A stretch of DNA of 64,000 nt. Origin: Octopus sinensis. Its lineage: Eukaryota. The stretch lies in assembly GCF_006345805.1 (NCBI RefSeq), contig NC_043004.1:76136001-76200000 (forward strand), written 5' to 3'. How positions within the stretch are numbered: position 1 is the first letter of the stretch; each line of letters starts with the position of its first letter. Shown here piece by piece: positions 27,323 to 40,797 of the stretch. The position numbers and the translations under genes were made by a program. The notes beneath the pieces were generated by a model that saw only the letters and a program-made list of their open reading frames with translations, made no database searches and had not been told where the DNA came from.

Positions 27323-28719
27323 TTATAACTTGCTAGAGTTATAGAAGTGTCATCATGATATTTGACAGGTTTAGGGCTGTGTTTTTGAACCTGGTGGAAC
27401 TCAATCCTCACCAGGATTTAACTCACCTGATATATTACAGAATGAAAAGGAAGAAAGAAGTGTGAGGAGAAGAAGAATGGACTCCGATATTCATTGATCC
27501 CAAAAAGATGAAGGGTTAATTTGATCTTATTGGGATTTGAACTAAAGGACACAGAAAATCAGTGAATAAAACAAGGCATTCTATCTGACACACAAAGTTG
27601 ATAGACAGAAACTGAAAGAATCCCATCACATTTGTGATGGGATTTGTGCCTTCTTGTCTTAACAATGTGTGTTAGGTGCAGATGGACATCAGCTTCATCA
27701 TACTACAAGCAGAGTCATCCATTTCGATTCGTTCGGTGAAAAACATGTTTGGTCATGGGGAAATAGTCACCTTGTTTGTCGACAGGTGAGAGTTGGTGAC
27801 AGGAAGAGCATTCAGCTGTAGAAAATATGTCCTAACAAGATGCATCCGACCCATGCAAACATGGAAAACATGGACATTAAATGAGAGTGATGATGAATGT
27901 ATGCAAGTATATACATGTATATGTATGTGTGTATATATATACACTTTACTCTTTTACTCATTTCAGTCATTTGACTGCAGCCATGCTGGAATACTGCCTT
28001 TTAGTCAAGCAAATCAACCCCAGGACTTATTCTTTGGTAGCCTGGTACTTATTCTATCAGTCTCTTTTGTCAAACCGCTAAGTTATATTATATATGTAAA
28101 TGTCTATATGTGTATGTATTATTCATGAATGTATCATCATCATCATATGTATTTATATATATGTATTATCCATCTAAAAAATGAAAAAGTGGGGAAGGAG
28201 GAAGTACTCAATACAATGTAGAGGCACTGATTTATCACTTGATGATTTTAGCAATTGGCATAAGAACTTGGAGCAGAGATGAAAACCATTCTTTTGCATT
28301 CAAATTTGAAGCTGGATGCTGTTGAAATCTTTAAAATCCCATACAAAAATGTTGAAGTCAAAAGACCAAAACAACACCACATTTCAAGGCTTATAAGATG
28401 CACTTTTTTTCCTGCCAAAAGATGTCTCATAAAATCATGCTGGCACCCATATGCAAAGTTGAGCCCCCTGTAAGCTTATTTTGTTCCTGGCGCGCTTTTT
28501 CCTGAAAATGCACTGCTGATATTCGGCTGCGTCGAATATCCCCATGTGTCTTTAAAACGCCATGAAATATGGTAACTTGATATCAGTCACATAATTATGA
28601 ATTCATAAAACTGAACGTCAGTTATTTTTTCTCAGTTCATATGCACTCAGCCACAGATTTTTATGCAGAGGCATTTCATTTTACATCTATATGAAGGATA
28701 GAGTCACTGTCTTTGGTTT

Positions 28720-28943
28720 TTACTCTTTTTTTTTCTACTTGTTTCAGTCATTTGACTGTGGCCATGCTGGAGCACCGCCTTTAGTTGAGCAAATCAAGCC
28801 AGGACTTATTCTTTGTAAGCTTGGTACTTATTCTATCGGTCTCTTTTGCTGAACCGCTAAGTTACGGGGATGTAAACACACCAGCATCAATTGTCAAGCA
28901 ATGTTGGGGGGACAAACATAGAGACACAAACATATACACACAC

Positions 28944-28976
<33 letters not shown>

Positions 28977-29140
28977 CATATATATATGACAAGCTTCTTT
29001 CAGTTTCCATCTACCAAATCCACTCACAAGGCTTTGGTCAACCCGAGGCTATAGTAGAAGACACTTGCCCAAGGTACCACGCAGTGGAACTGAACCTGGA
29101 ACCATGTGGTTCGTAAGCAAGCTACTTACCACACAACCGC
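28720..29140 (-). mobile_element. SINE family A
   Basis: Reverse complement of the 14105-14515 consensus. Confidence 0.85.
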
Positions 29141-29806
29141 TCAGAGAAGTTTCCTTTATGGTTCACTCTGCAATAGCACATTATGCTCTCGGACAGCTTA
29201 TATTTTGCTTACCAAATTCTGAGCAGAAATATGAAGAAATATTCTGTCTTGATAGAATTAATGCAAGGAATAGAACAATTAAATGACATATTCACTTTGA
29301 ACATTCATGTAAATTCTTTCATTTAGTGAACCAACCCATCCTATAATGTGAATGAAAATTATGTTAAATTGTTTGTGGGAATTTATGTGTGTGTGTGAGT
29401 GTATTTAGTAAACTGTAGTGGCACATAATATTAAACATGAAAGGGTGTAAACAAAGAATTGTATTAAGACACACACATATAAAAATACATATATACACAG
29501 ATATATACATATAGGCATACATACAGGCATTCAAGTTGTATGTATGCCTGTATGTGTGTATGTCTGTGTATACACAAACACACACACATATATATTTGCA
29601 TTTGTTCATTGAGTTAACATCTGTTTTCCCATAGTCCAATGTTCTGCACAGAGGGAGGATTTAATGGCTGGATGCTTTTCCTGTGGCTAACCCTTACCTG
29701 CTTTTCAAGTAAGGGATCTTTTTATGCTTATTCCAGATTTATTTTGCAGCACAGAACAGCCAGTTGTAATGTCTCCAAGGAATGTCAGCATTCACACACA
29801 CACACA

Positions 29807-29837
<31 letters not shown>

Positions 29838-30147
29838 TACACCATAAGTATCCAACATTATAAGAAGGTGTGTAGGAAAGAGGAGAGGAAAGAAGCAATA
29901 GAAATAGGATGAAGTTAAATTCTGGGAGATTCACTGAAGGAGAAAGAGTTGCTGGGTCATTGAGTTAGGTCAGAGGGGGAGGGGGGAGAGAGACGTGTTG
30001 TCGAGGAGGTGGAGAGGGTGTGGGGAGAGATGAGAGAAAGTGTGGCAGAGGGTGAAGGTGCAGTGGATGGGAAGGTGCCGCAGAGGAGGAATAGGAAGAG
30101 GAGAGTGCTAATACCATGAAGGCATCCGAGAAGGGGAGGCTGTGGAC

Positions 30148-30188
<41 letters not shown>

Positions 30189-30301
30189 AACAGTGGGTGA
30201 GTGCAATGGGTGCATTTAGGGAAAGAAAGGCTAAAGGTCAGGCAGTAAGAGGAATGTTGGGTGGCAATAGAAATAACCGAGGAGGGAATGTACTGGTTGC
30301 T

Positions 30302-30347
<46 letters not shown>

Positions 30348-31761
30348 TCTAAATAGATCATGGAAACAATTAACGGAAAAGTAGAAAATCCCCTCATCAG
30401 GCACTTGACCAAGTAAGATCGAACCTGGGATGCCATAATTGGAAAAGCAAATGGGAGAAACCTCCGCCCGTCCCCTCCCACAATTTTCTCCAAAATTTGT
30501 TTATTTAAAAAAAAAATTTTGCCAAAAACCCCCGTTTTTGGATACGGAGGTTCCGGAAAATTGCCAAAAATCGGCATTGCGAAATTCCTCCCTTCCCCTT
30601 CAAATTCTTAAATTTTGACGTTTCCCTCAATACTAACTCTAAAACCCTAACCCTAACCCTAAACCCCTTACCCTGACCGTAGCTACAGAAATGCTTAGAA
30701 ATTTTTGTCAGAATCGTAATGTCCGTATTTTTCCGCATATTTAGAAAAAAAAAAATCTTAAAAAAAAAATTTTACAAAAATTTTTGGAAATTTTCTTCGG
30801 AATCATAATCTCCGTATTTTCCCGCATATTTTGAAAAAAAAAAGTTTCTGAAAAAAGTAAAAAAAAAAAAATGAAGGTAATGGGGGTGGGCTACAGCAAC
30901 GAGGGAGAGAGAGTGTGTGTGTGCATGTGGATTGTATATTATTGTATATACCGTATTTGATGGCAAAAATGACGCATTGAGCATATTAGACGCACCTCAA
31001 ATTCAGTAGCGCGTATTCTGAGAGAGAGAGAAAAAAGTTTTTAGTGCATTAAAGCATGTAATATGAATGAGTCCCATTTTGAAAAGGACCCAGGGTCATA
31101 TTTTGAGACTTAGGGGAAAAAAAAGGACCCTAAAACAAAGGTGTGTCATATGCCATCATATATGGGTATGTATGCACTCAGATGTGTAAATATAGTCTAA
31201 TCCTTCTTCTCTCAAGATGATCTCAACAGTTTATTTGTATTTATTTAGTTTCATAGTTTCTCTTTATTAGTAATGTTTACTGAAGTTGTCCAAGAATCAC
31301 AATTAGTCATTAATCTACATCATCGTATGAAACTTTCCTTTTAACGTCGCTGGACAAGTCTACAACAAAATGTGTCCTCGTTACTCAAAATCTAGAGCAT
31401 ATAACCATAAAAGATATGTAAAAATATGATACAAAGTATTTATAAAATATATTTATGACGTAACAGGAGACGAACATAAACGATAGTAAAATAGTTTTGA
31501 TCAGGTTTCGTTCATAGAATACGTATTTCCTGACAGCCAACTGTAGAGATCTAAGAACCGGTTTTAACAAGCACCACATTACACCCAAGTGCCTTTAGTA
31601 GATGCCATTCTGTTGCAAGTGTGAGTGAAGATTCCTTATCTTTTTCTCTCCAACAAGTATCGGAGTTCCTTTAAAAAGTTTACTGGGTATTGCCCTTCTC
31701 TTTTAACTAAGCCACGAAAAACAAGGCATTATCTCCACGGGCGCATTTCACCCCGATTCTC

Positions 31762-32144
31762 TTACTCTTTACTTGTTTCAGTCATTTGACTGTGGCCATG
31801 CTGGAGCACCGCCTTTAGTCGAGCAAATCGACCCCAGGACTTATTCTTTGTAAGCCTAGTACTTATTCTATGGGTCCCTTTTGCCGAACCGTTAAGTTAC
31901 GGGGACGTAAACACACCACCATCGGTTGTCAAGCGATGTTGGGGAGACAAACACATACACACACACACATATATATATTCACGATGGGCTTCTTTCAGTT
32001 TCCGTCTACCAAATCTATTCACAAGGCTTTGGTTGACCCGAGGCTATAGCAGAAGACACTTGGCCAAGGGGCCACGCAATGGGACTGAACCCGGAACCAT
32101 GTGGTTGGTAAGCAAGCTACTTACCACACAGCCACTCCTACGTC
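31762..32144 (-). mobile_element. SINE family A, young-looking copy in the neurexin intron
   Basis: Reverse complement of the family A consensus with most CpGs retained. Confidence 0.85.
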
Positions 32145-32715
32145 TATGTTTACTTTTTATATAACTTAAAGAAAAATATGTAATTTTTGGTGAAATTTAA
32201 TGTATCAAAATAATAATAATAATAATAATACGTAAGAAATTTAATGTGCCAAAAAAATTGGTGGTCGCGCACAAATACACACTGACACACATCACACATA
32301 TACAGTATGTATAAAATGAAACTTAAAATTTCGTGCGTGTGTGCGAGCGTTAAACAATTATTTTTATATATTAAATTCCGATATAGTTGCTATCAACACT
32401 ACCTGAAAGCTTTTTGCAGAAAATTTCGGTAATAAAAATATTCAGTTTTCTGAAAGTTGTGATGAAACAAAGTTAGGGAGGCGACACACTTATATAGGTA
32501 AACCAAAAACTACGACGAAATACCTGCATCAAGATCAGAATTTATGACACAGGAACTGACTGACAGTCCATTCCAGTACCCGTTCACGAACATCACAAAA
32601 TATCTCATCTCTTATATTTTTATAAATCGGAGGCTTTAATGTTGATAATAGAAATCCTGCAGAGCAGCACACAAGACACAAGGACCACAGACTTACGAAC
32701 ACATAGGGTCTTAGT

Positions 32716-32860
32716 AAGGTACTACTTAAATACGAAGGTCCCGATGCATCTGCGTAACCCTAACCCTAACCCTAACGTGTGTGCACTGTAAAAACATCGT
32801 TACGTAGACGCATCGGGGCCGCTGTATTTAAGCGGGACCTCTGTATTTAAGTAGCGCCCT
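32716..32860. mobile_element. Small MITE-like inverted-repeat element with (TAACCC)3 in its loop
   Basis: Left arm acttaaatacgaaggtcccgatgcatctgcgtaac pairs imperfectly with gttacgtagacgcatcggggccgctgtatttaag. A second copy of the terminal motif, gggacctctgtatttaagtag, follows. Confidence 0.6.
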
Positions 32861-33059
32861 TAGTTAAACTAACTTTACCATTCTTCCTTCCTAAAGTTAA
32901 TGTTAGGGATCAGATTTCCCAAGATAATCATGTTATGTAGTTTCACTTCAGTTTTGATAATCTGGTTTAGATGATTTTGGTAACTTCTACATTCAGAAAG
33001 ATCATCTGGGATTCGGACAAGTGACATGAATTATTTCTTATTATTTCTTTTGTAATGGT

Positions 33060-33108
<49 letters not shown>

Positions 33109-33394
33109 CTCTCTCTCACACAATATCTCTCTCTCATACACACGGTCTCTCTTTCTCACAGTCTCTCTCTGTCTTTCTTTCTCTCTCTCTTCTCTCTTTC
33201 TCTCACACACACCATACACTTTATCTCTACTTTTATACACTGCTGCATGTATGTATACAATATTCATAAGTATTATTCGTTTAAAAGTTGTGTGTAAATG
33301 TTTGCAAGATAACAAAGTTCAGCCTGTTGCCGGACGACAAACAAACAACAGAATTCTTCGAATTTTGGAAACAATGAAATGAACAATGCCTTAC

Positions 33395-34115
33395 CTTCCA
33401 AACATGTTTCCCGGTAAACGCAATCACAGCCGTATCCATTATCCGTTCGAATGCAGATACACCCTTTGTCACAGATCGAAGGTTTTTTGCATGCTTCATC
33501 ATCCCCATCATCTATATCTATTCCACCGACAACTTCAGCACGAACTGGAATACAAGAACAATTCCCGTAGATCACATTCCGAACGAATCCCTTGAAATGT
33601 TCGGAATATTTCGCTTCTGGATTGGACACTTTACTATTGTCAAGATCCTGCATACCTCCGAAATACACATAGTTATGGATCTTTTCCGAACCGAACAAGA
33701 AGTCAGTTCCTTCGAAGCGCATTTGTTTCGTGATCTGGTCAACCGTGAAACTAGTGATTTCACTATTTCGTTTGACCGTAACACTGTGCCATTGATTATC
33801 ATGAAACGGTCCAGCGATTTTCACAGTTTGGGACACATCGGGACGATTGGAAATTTTAATAGTCAATGATATAATTCCTTCCTTCAGATTGATTTGAAAG
33901 AAGTCCATTACTCCATTGTCATCTGTGTACATGAGAAGAGCGGATTGTTGAGAAGTTTTGAAACTAAAAGACAAACTGGAATTTAAACATATATTCCAAA
34001 GCGAGAATTGGGCATAAGATGTATCGGTGCCCAGTAAATATACACTAGATACTAATGGGCAAAAACATAGTATCACTAGCCCCACTAGTGTCAATCGATG
34101 AGTTTGATTAGCCAT
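33395..34115 (-). CDS. Nrx-1: alpha-neurexin (neurexin-1-like) first coding exon: signal peptide + laminin-G/LNS1 + EGF-like domain; ends at a phase-1 intron
   Basis: ATG at 34115 in good context (ctacaATGG) gives MANQTHRLTLVGLVILCFCPLVSS (hydrophobic signal peptide). It continues SYAQF..W...LNSSL.FSFKTSQQSALLMYTDDNGVMDFFQINLKEG...FHDNQWHSVTVKRN...VYFGGM, the LNS1 pattern of alpha-neurexins, then a six-Cys EGF (CKKPSICDKGCICIRTDNGYGCDCVYRETC). Donor GAAG|GTAAGG follows 33395; 721 nt = 240 codons + 1. Confidence 0.9.
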
Positions 34116-34249
34116 TGTAGGGCTTTTTTTGTGAGTGATTATTTCCTTGTTTAAAGTTTCACCAACATTAAAGCTGTTACCATTGATAAAACTCAATCAA
34201 AACATGCTTGGATCATAAGAGGTTCGTCCCGCCAGTAGTGGGTCGATAC
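34116..34249 (-). other. 5'UTR part of the neurexin coding exon, with a candidate splice acceptor at 34250
   Basis: Minus strand reads ttcgcttggcttttgtctcctcgcacAG|gtatcgaccc: a pyrimidine tract plus CAG. This implies an untranslated upstream exon that could not be located. Confidence 0.55.
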
Positions 34250-34652
34250 CTGTGCGAGGAGACAAAAGCCAAGCGAATGGTAACAACTATAACAAGGTGA
34301 ATCCGTAGATTTCGTTGTTGGTATATATATAAATCCTTAGTTAGTTTTTCCTTTTAGAAAATGTATGAAAGACTGGAAGATCCAAGAATGTAGATTCTGT
34401 TTATTTATATACGTTCCTGTGTTCAATAAACTCACTTTGTAAATATCAGTACCTGAAAAGAATAAATTCGAAGTTTTAGGAATAACGTATAAACAGAGAA
34501 AAATACAAAATAAAACAGTAGAACTGAAAACAAACTCTTTTAGATTTAGCATTCTCATGTTATTATCATGAGGGTAGAATGGCAATATACATTATACATA
34601 AAAGGATAGAAAATGCTTGAAATATTTGTATATATACATACATACACACACT

Positions 34653-34694
<42 letters not shown>

Positions 34695-36099
34695 ATATAT
34701 ATATAATATATATATATACATATACATATGCATGTTTGTATGTGTGTGTGTTTTAATACTAATAATTAGTAGTTAATTAACATAAATTTACGAGTTACTT
34801 TCGGGGGGGGGGTCATCAAATTCTAGGGGATTTCACCGATCACACGTGCACGCGCGTAAAAGAAGACATCAGAGGGAGAAAAGAAAATATTGATAAGTTT
34901 TAAAGTCATTAAAATGAATAAGAAAGAAAGAAAGAAAGAAAGAGCAACATACAGAGTATTCCACAAGTTGTTAGGATAATAAGAGTAATAGTAATAATCC
35001 ACTGTGGTTGATATAAAAGTTAATTGAGGTGTAGGGCTTCTCAGCTTCCGAATAATAACGATGTAAAGTTGGAAAAAAAAAAAAGAAAAACAAGAGGAAA
35101 GTTTTTATCAGACGTACACAGACAGACAATAACAGCAGAGGCTCGTGTATAAAGTCACTGCCGACACCTAAAACCAACTTCCACCGGCAAAACTAAGAAC
35201 TAACTTGGTAATAATAGTCGTTTTTTTTCGTCGTCTCCTCTCTCTCTCTCTCACTAGATTCGCCGATAAGGCCTTATGCCCCTCCTTCTCCTCCTCTCAC
35301 TCTCTCCGTATTTCTCTGCTTTTTCTTCCTCCTACTCTCGTTTCCCTATCAATCTCTCTGCATTTTCCTAAATTTTCTTCTCCTCCTCTCAATCTCTATA
35401 TCACACTCGTTTTATTTTTTCGGTTATTTCTCCTCTTCCCCTCTCAATCTCTTTGTACTTTCCTCTTGTTATTCTCCCACTCAACTCCCTGTCTCAAACC
35501 TTCTGCACTTCTTTCTTTTTCTTCCCCTTCTCCTCTTAATCATTCTGTATTTCCCTCCTTTTCTCCCCCGCCTCCGGTGCTGCTTTCACTCTTAATTATC
35601 CCTCTCTATTTCTCTCTTATTATATCTCTATCTCTTACATGTTCGTTTCATTCTAATTATTTTCTCTTTCACATTGACTTTCTCTCTCTCTTCCTCCTTT
35701 TCTCACACCCCTCCCTCAGTTGTATTCCTATTTTCTTTTCCCGTCTCTCACTTCTCCCCTCTCACTTCTTATAACACTATCCCATCTCTAAATGTGGAGG
35801 TGTGTGCATACATGCATCACTATCTCTTACGTGTGGGCGCGAATGTCTATCGCATGTATGTCTACGTTCTGTCTTATGGCGTACCTTTATTATAACAGTG
35901 TGTGTGTCTTTTCCTCTTTCCTTTCTATGCGTGTGTCGTTACATGTCTGTGTGTATGTTTGATGTGTGAGTAAAACTTGATTGTGCTTCTCTGAATGTTG
36001 TTTGCTTGTGTAAAACCTGTTACCACAGGGTGCGTCCGTCCATGCATAAACACATTGTTTGTGCATGTGAGCATGTCTAAATATAAATATAGCCTGTCG

Positions 36100-36136
<37 letters not shown>

Positions 36137-36722
36137 TTATGTGTATAAGTGTGTGTGTGTGTTTATGTGTATGATAACGTCTTTGCGCGTTTCTCTCCCA
36201 CCACTTTTTGACGATCGGTATTGGTTTGTTTGCGGCCCCGTGGCTTGGACGTTTGGCATAAAAGACGGATAGAATAAGAAGATCCAAGCTTAAAAGAAAA
36301 TAATTACTAAGGTCGATTCGTCCGACTAAAAAAAAAAAAAAAGACAAAAACTCTTAAAGGCGGTGCCCCAGTATGGCCGCAGTAGTCCAATGACAAACGA
36401 AAGATGAAAAAACAATGTGTATGTATGTGTGTGAGTGTATGTGTAAAAGAGTGGGCGACAATGTGCATGCAAGTATATGCGAGTGTGTGTTCATTTCATA
36501 TGAGGGGGAGATCGTGCCCATTTTGCGTGAGCGAATTCAAGAAAGAAGGTAAGCGGTGACAAACCGGCATAACAAGAACAACATTTCAAAAAGAGGAGTG
36601 AGCGAGGTTTGCCTGTGTGTATGATGTGTGCTTGTGTGTGTGTGTGTGCTTGTGTGTGTGTGTGTGCTTGTGTGTGTGTGTGTGCTTGTGTGTGTGTGTG
36701 TGTGTGTGCTTGTGTGTGTGCT

Positions 36723-36753
<31 letters not shown>

Positions 36754-37296
36754 TCATAAATGACTTGTTGCATTTGTCGTGGGCTGGGATTAACTTGAGA
36801 GCGAAAGGTACCGATCCAACTAGTTTTGACAAAGTTTAATAATAATAAGAGACACACACACACACACCGAGAGAGAAAGAGATACGTTGTTATAGAGAAT
36901 AAATACGAAAGAAGTGTAGGTTTTGGAGAGAAGACTAGACAAGTTAGAAAGAAATTAAATAAAACAACTATGAGAAAGAAAGGTAGAATGGAAGACAAAC
37001 CTAAAAGAAAATATTTAATCCAAGACTAGAAAACCTGCAAGTTTTGTCAAATTGTTGAATCTCACCTCTCTTTTTCTCATTACATATGACAGACTGCATT
37101 CACTCTATTTGTACTATTGTTTTCATGTTTTCATTCAATTCCTCCTCTTCCTACCTCGTTTTTCTTTCTTTTCTCTAATTAACCAAACATTCTTTCCCTT
37201 CTCTCTCGTTTTCTTCCTTTTATTTTATGTCTGTCTTTCTTAATACCTTTTTCTTATTTCAACGAAGATAGAGAGAGAGAGAGCAAAAAGAAATTT

Positions 37297-38110
<814 letters not shown>

Positions 38111-38803
38111 CCGTCTGCCTGCATAACTCCCTGTTTTTATATTTCATTCTCAAATTTTCCAACTGTTTTCCCCTAATTTTTTTCGCCCCTTCTCTTTCAT
38201 CTCTGTACTTTTTCTTCGCTCTCGTTACACTCTCACCCTCATCTTTCTTTCACACAACTTACTCTCTCATTTTTCCTTCTATTTTCATCACCTCTTCTCT
38301 CCTTCCACTCTGTATTTCCATTAACTTACTCGTTCACCCCCCCTCTCTCTCTCTCTATCTCTATTGAATCTCGGTCAAGATTACCTTGCTCTGCTTTCCT
38401 TCCTCCCACCACCAACTGTTCTCATTCTTCTCCTTCTTCACTTCCTCTACTCCTCCTTCTCTCTCGTCACATTTTCCCCGCCACGACACTCTCTTACATT
38501 ATTTTATTATTATTATTATTATTATTATTACACTCTCTCACCCGAAATGCAACTATCGTTTCTCTTAAATTCACATAGCCACATGCACGCAATGCCGCAA
38601 CCACACACACACACACACACACTCTCTCTCTCTATCCCGCTCTATCACACACACCCTTTCTGTCTCGTTTCCCCCCTCAATCTTAAAACACTAAATCCTT
38701 AACCATTAGAAACGGAGGGAAACATTTTCATTGCATGTCTGTCTCTTACACACATGACTGCAGCGCGAGTGGAGGAGAGCCGTGTGTGCATCTGTGTGAC
38801 GGC

Positions 38804-38842
<39 letters not shown>

Positions 38843-39174
38843 GGATCTTTTCACTTTGACCGGCAGATTTTAAAAATAATTTCTTTGTAACTAAACACTT
38901 TTAAACTTCGTATACTGGTAGCGTGTTACATAAAACATCTTTTTCTCCTGGTTTTCTTGAGAAAATTCTGTAGTTTTATCATCATCATCATCATCATCAT
39001 TATTATTTTCTTTTACAATTAATTCCCTTCATATTTAGAAAGTTTTATAGGAATATTACAAACCAACCACTTTTATTCCAGTTGTTTTCGTTGACCTTAC
39101 GAAGGATAAAAGGTAAAAAAAAGTAAAAATTGTATGCAGGTATCTCCGACACAAGATGCTTTATTCAACACTGC

Positions 39175-39445
39175 CACCACAACCACCATCATCATCATCA
39201 TCATCATCGTCGTCATCATCATCATCATCGTCGTCATCCTCATCATCATCATCATCATCATCATCATCACCATCATCATCACCGTTATTGTTGTCGTCGT
39301 CACTTTCACTACCACCACCATTATCATTTTCGTTGATCCATCATGACTATCATCATCATCATCATCGTCGTCGTCGTCGTCGTTATCTTCACTACCATCA
39401 CCACCACCACCACCACCACCACCACCACCACCACCATTATCATCA
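39175..39445. repeat. Compound trinucleotide array (CAT)n/(CGT)n/(CAC)n
   Basis: Direct reading; source of the poly-His/Ser/Ile ORFs. Confidence 0.9.
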
Positions 39446-39811
39446 CAGAGAGACGGTATAAGCTAATGTCATGCTTTCTTACAAAATATTTCGTGGCTAA
39501 TTAAGAAATTAGCGCCATTATTTTCTCTAATTAGATGCTAGACAGACTTTTTTATAAAGCGGAAGAGAAACAATTAAATGAAATCAGTTGTTATCTCCAA
39601 TAAATCAAGATAAACTATAAACATCGCAGTTTCTAATTTCCTCTCTGTTGAAAAACAAAAACAAATCGCAGTTGTGTGCTTAACACAACACAACCATATA
39701 TACCTATCGTTCTACCTGACCACATAACATACACACATACATACATATACTTAGATACATACATACATACATACATACATACATACATACATAAATACAT
39801 ACATACATACA

Positions 39812-39843
<32 letters not shown>

Positions 39844-39849
39844 CTTAGA

Positions 39850-40797
39850 TAACTTAGATTGGTTTTGGCCATTATCGGCCCAGGTCATGACTAACACAGT
39901 AGCACCACCTGGAAAAGTCTTTTAGTTAATTGTTTCGGGACACCATGGACCACTCAAGCAGAGAGTTGTTGTTGGTTGAGACGCATCAAGGTGTAGGTGG
40001 TTTATCCGGTATTTCCTGGAGGAATTTGTCCACTTACCGTTTGAAAGTTGTGGGGTCTTTATCTACTTTAATTTCTTTCAGGATGATATTGAAAAGTGCA
40101 GGACTATTTGCAGTGAAGAAATTGTGTCACAATCTTCTTATGTGATGTGATCTCGACCTTTGTAGGGGGCGCATTGCACGGAGGCCTAGTCTTGGGTGAC
40201 TTGTAAACGTAATACCGATATCATTTGGATAATATTGGTGGAATATTTTCCACATGGTGCAAATAATGTCTCGCTCACGGCGGCATTGCAGAAAATAGAG
40301 CTTCAGCTGTTTAAGTCGAGTCCAGTAATCAAGTCCCATTATGCCATTTATTTTCTTTGTGGCACTTCGATTCTCATAAAGTTTTTTTTTTGTAGGGGGA
40401 CCACAATGGGCAGTAGTATTCGAGGTGGGGCTTAGCGAATGTGGAGAAGAGACGGATGGGTAGTTTCATGATCCCTAGATTGAAAAGTTCTGAGGATCCA
40501 TGAGCGTATTCTACAGGCAACGTCGACTTTTTTGTTGATGTGCAAACTCCAACTAAGGTTGCTGTCGACAGTTACGCCTAAGTCTCTGATATTATCCGAC
40601 GGTTCAAGTAGGTCTCCCGAGGGTAATGTATATGATTGTTTGAGTGTGCCCTCTCTTCCAAAGTGGATGAGCTCATGTTTTTCTGTGACCACTGGGTTAC
40701 TGCGCACAGGTCCGATTGAAGCATTGTTCGATCATATGCTCCCTTCTGGAGTCTAGCGTCACCAGCAAATATTTTTATGATGCTATTTTCAATGGAA
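39850..40797 (-). mobile_element. CR1/L2-clade LINE 3' fragment (RT C-terminus to 3' end) with (TATG)n tail at 39730-39845
   Basis: Minus-strand translations IENSIIKIFAGDARLQK...LQSDLCAVTQWSQKNM, ELIHFGRE...IRDLGVTVDSNLSWSLHINKK...WILRTFQSRD, LDYWTRLKQLKLYFLQCRRER; several frameshifts. Confidence 0.85.

Noticed and set aside
33273-33394. C-terminal 40 aa of the neurexin ORF (KALFISLFPKF...)
   Set aside because: This is read-through into the intron after a consensus GTAAG donor that directly follows the EGF domain.
34116-34196. 27-aa N-terminal extension in the ORF track (33273..34196)
   Set aside because: Position 34196 is TTG, not ATG, and an in-frame stop lies just upstream. The ATG at 34115 gives a proper signal peptide.
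39097-39461. Poly-His/poly-Ser/poly-Met ORFs (also 47144-47569 and 52403-52691)
   Set aside because: These are trinucleotide microsatellites open in several frames.
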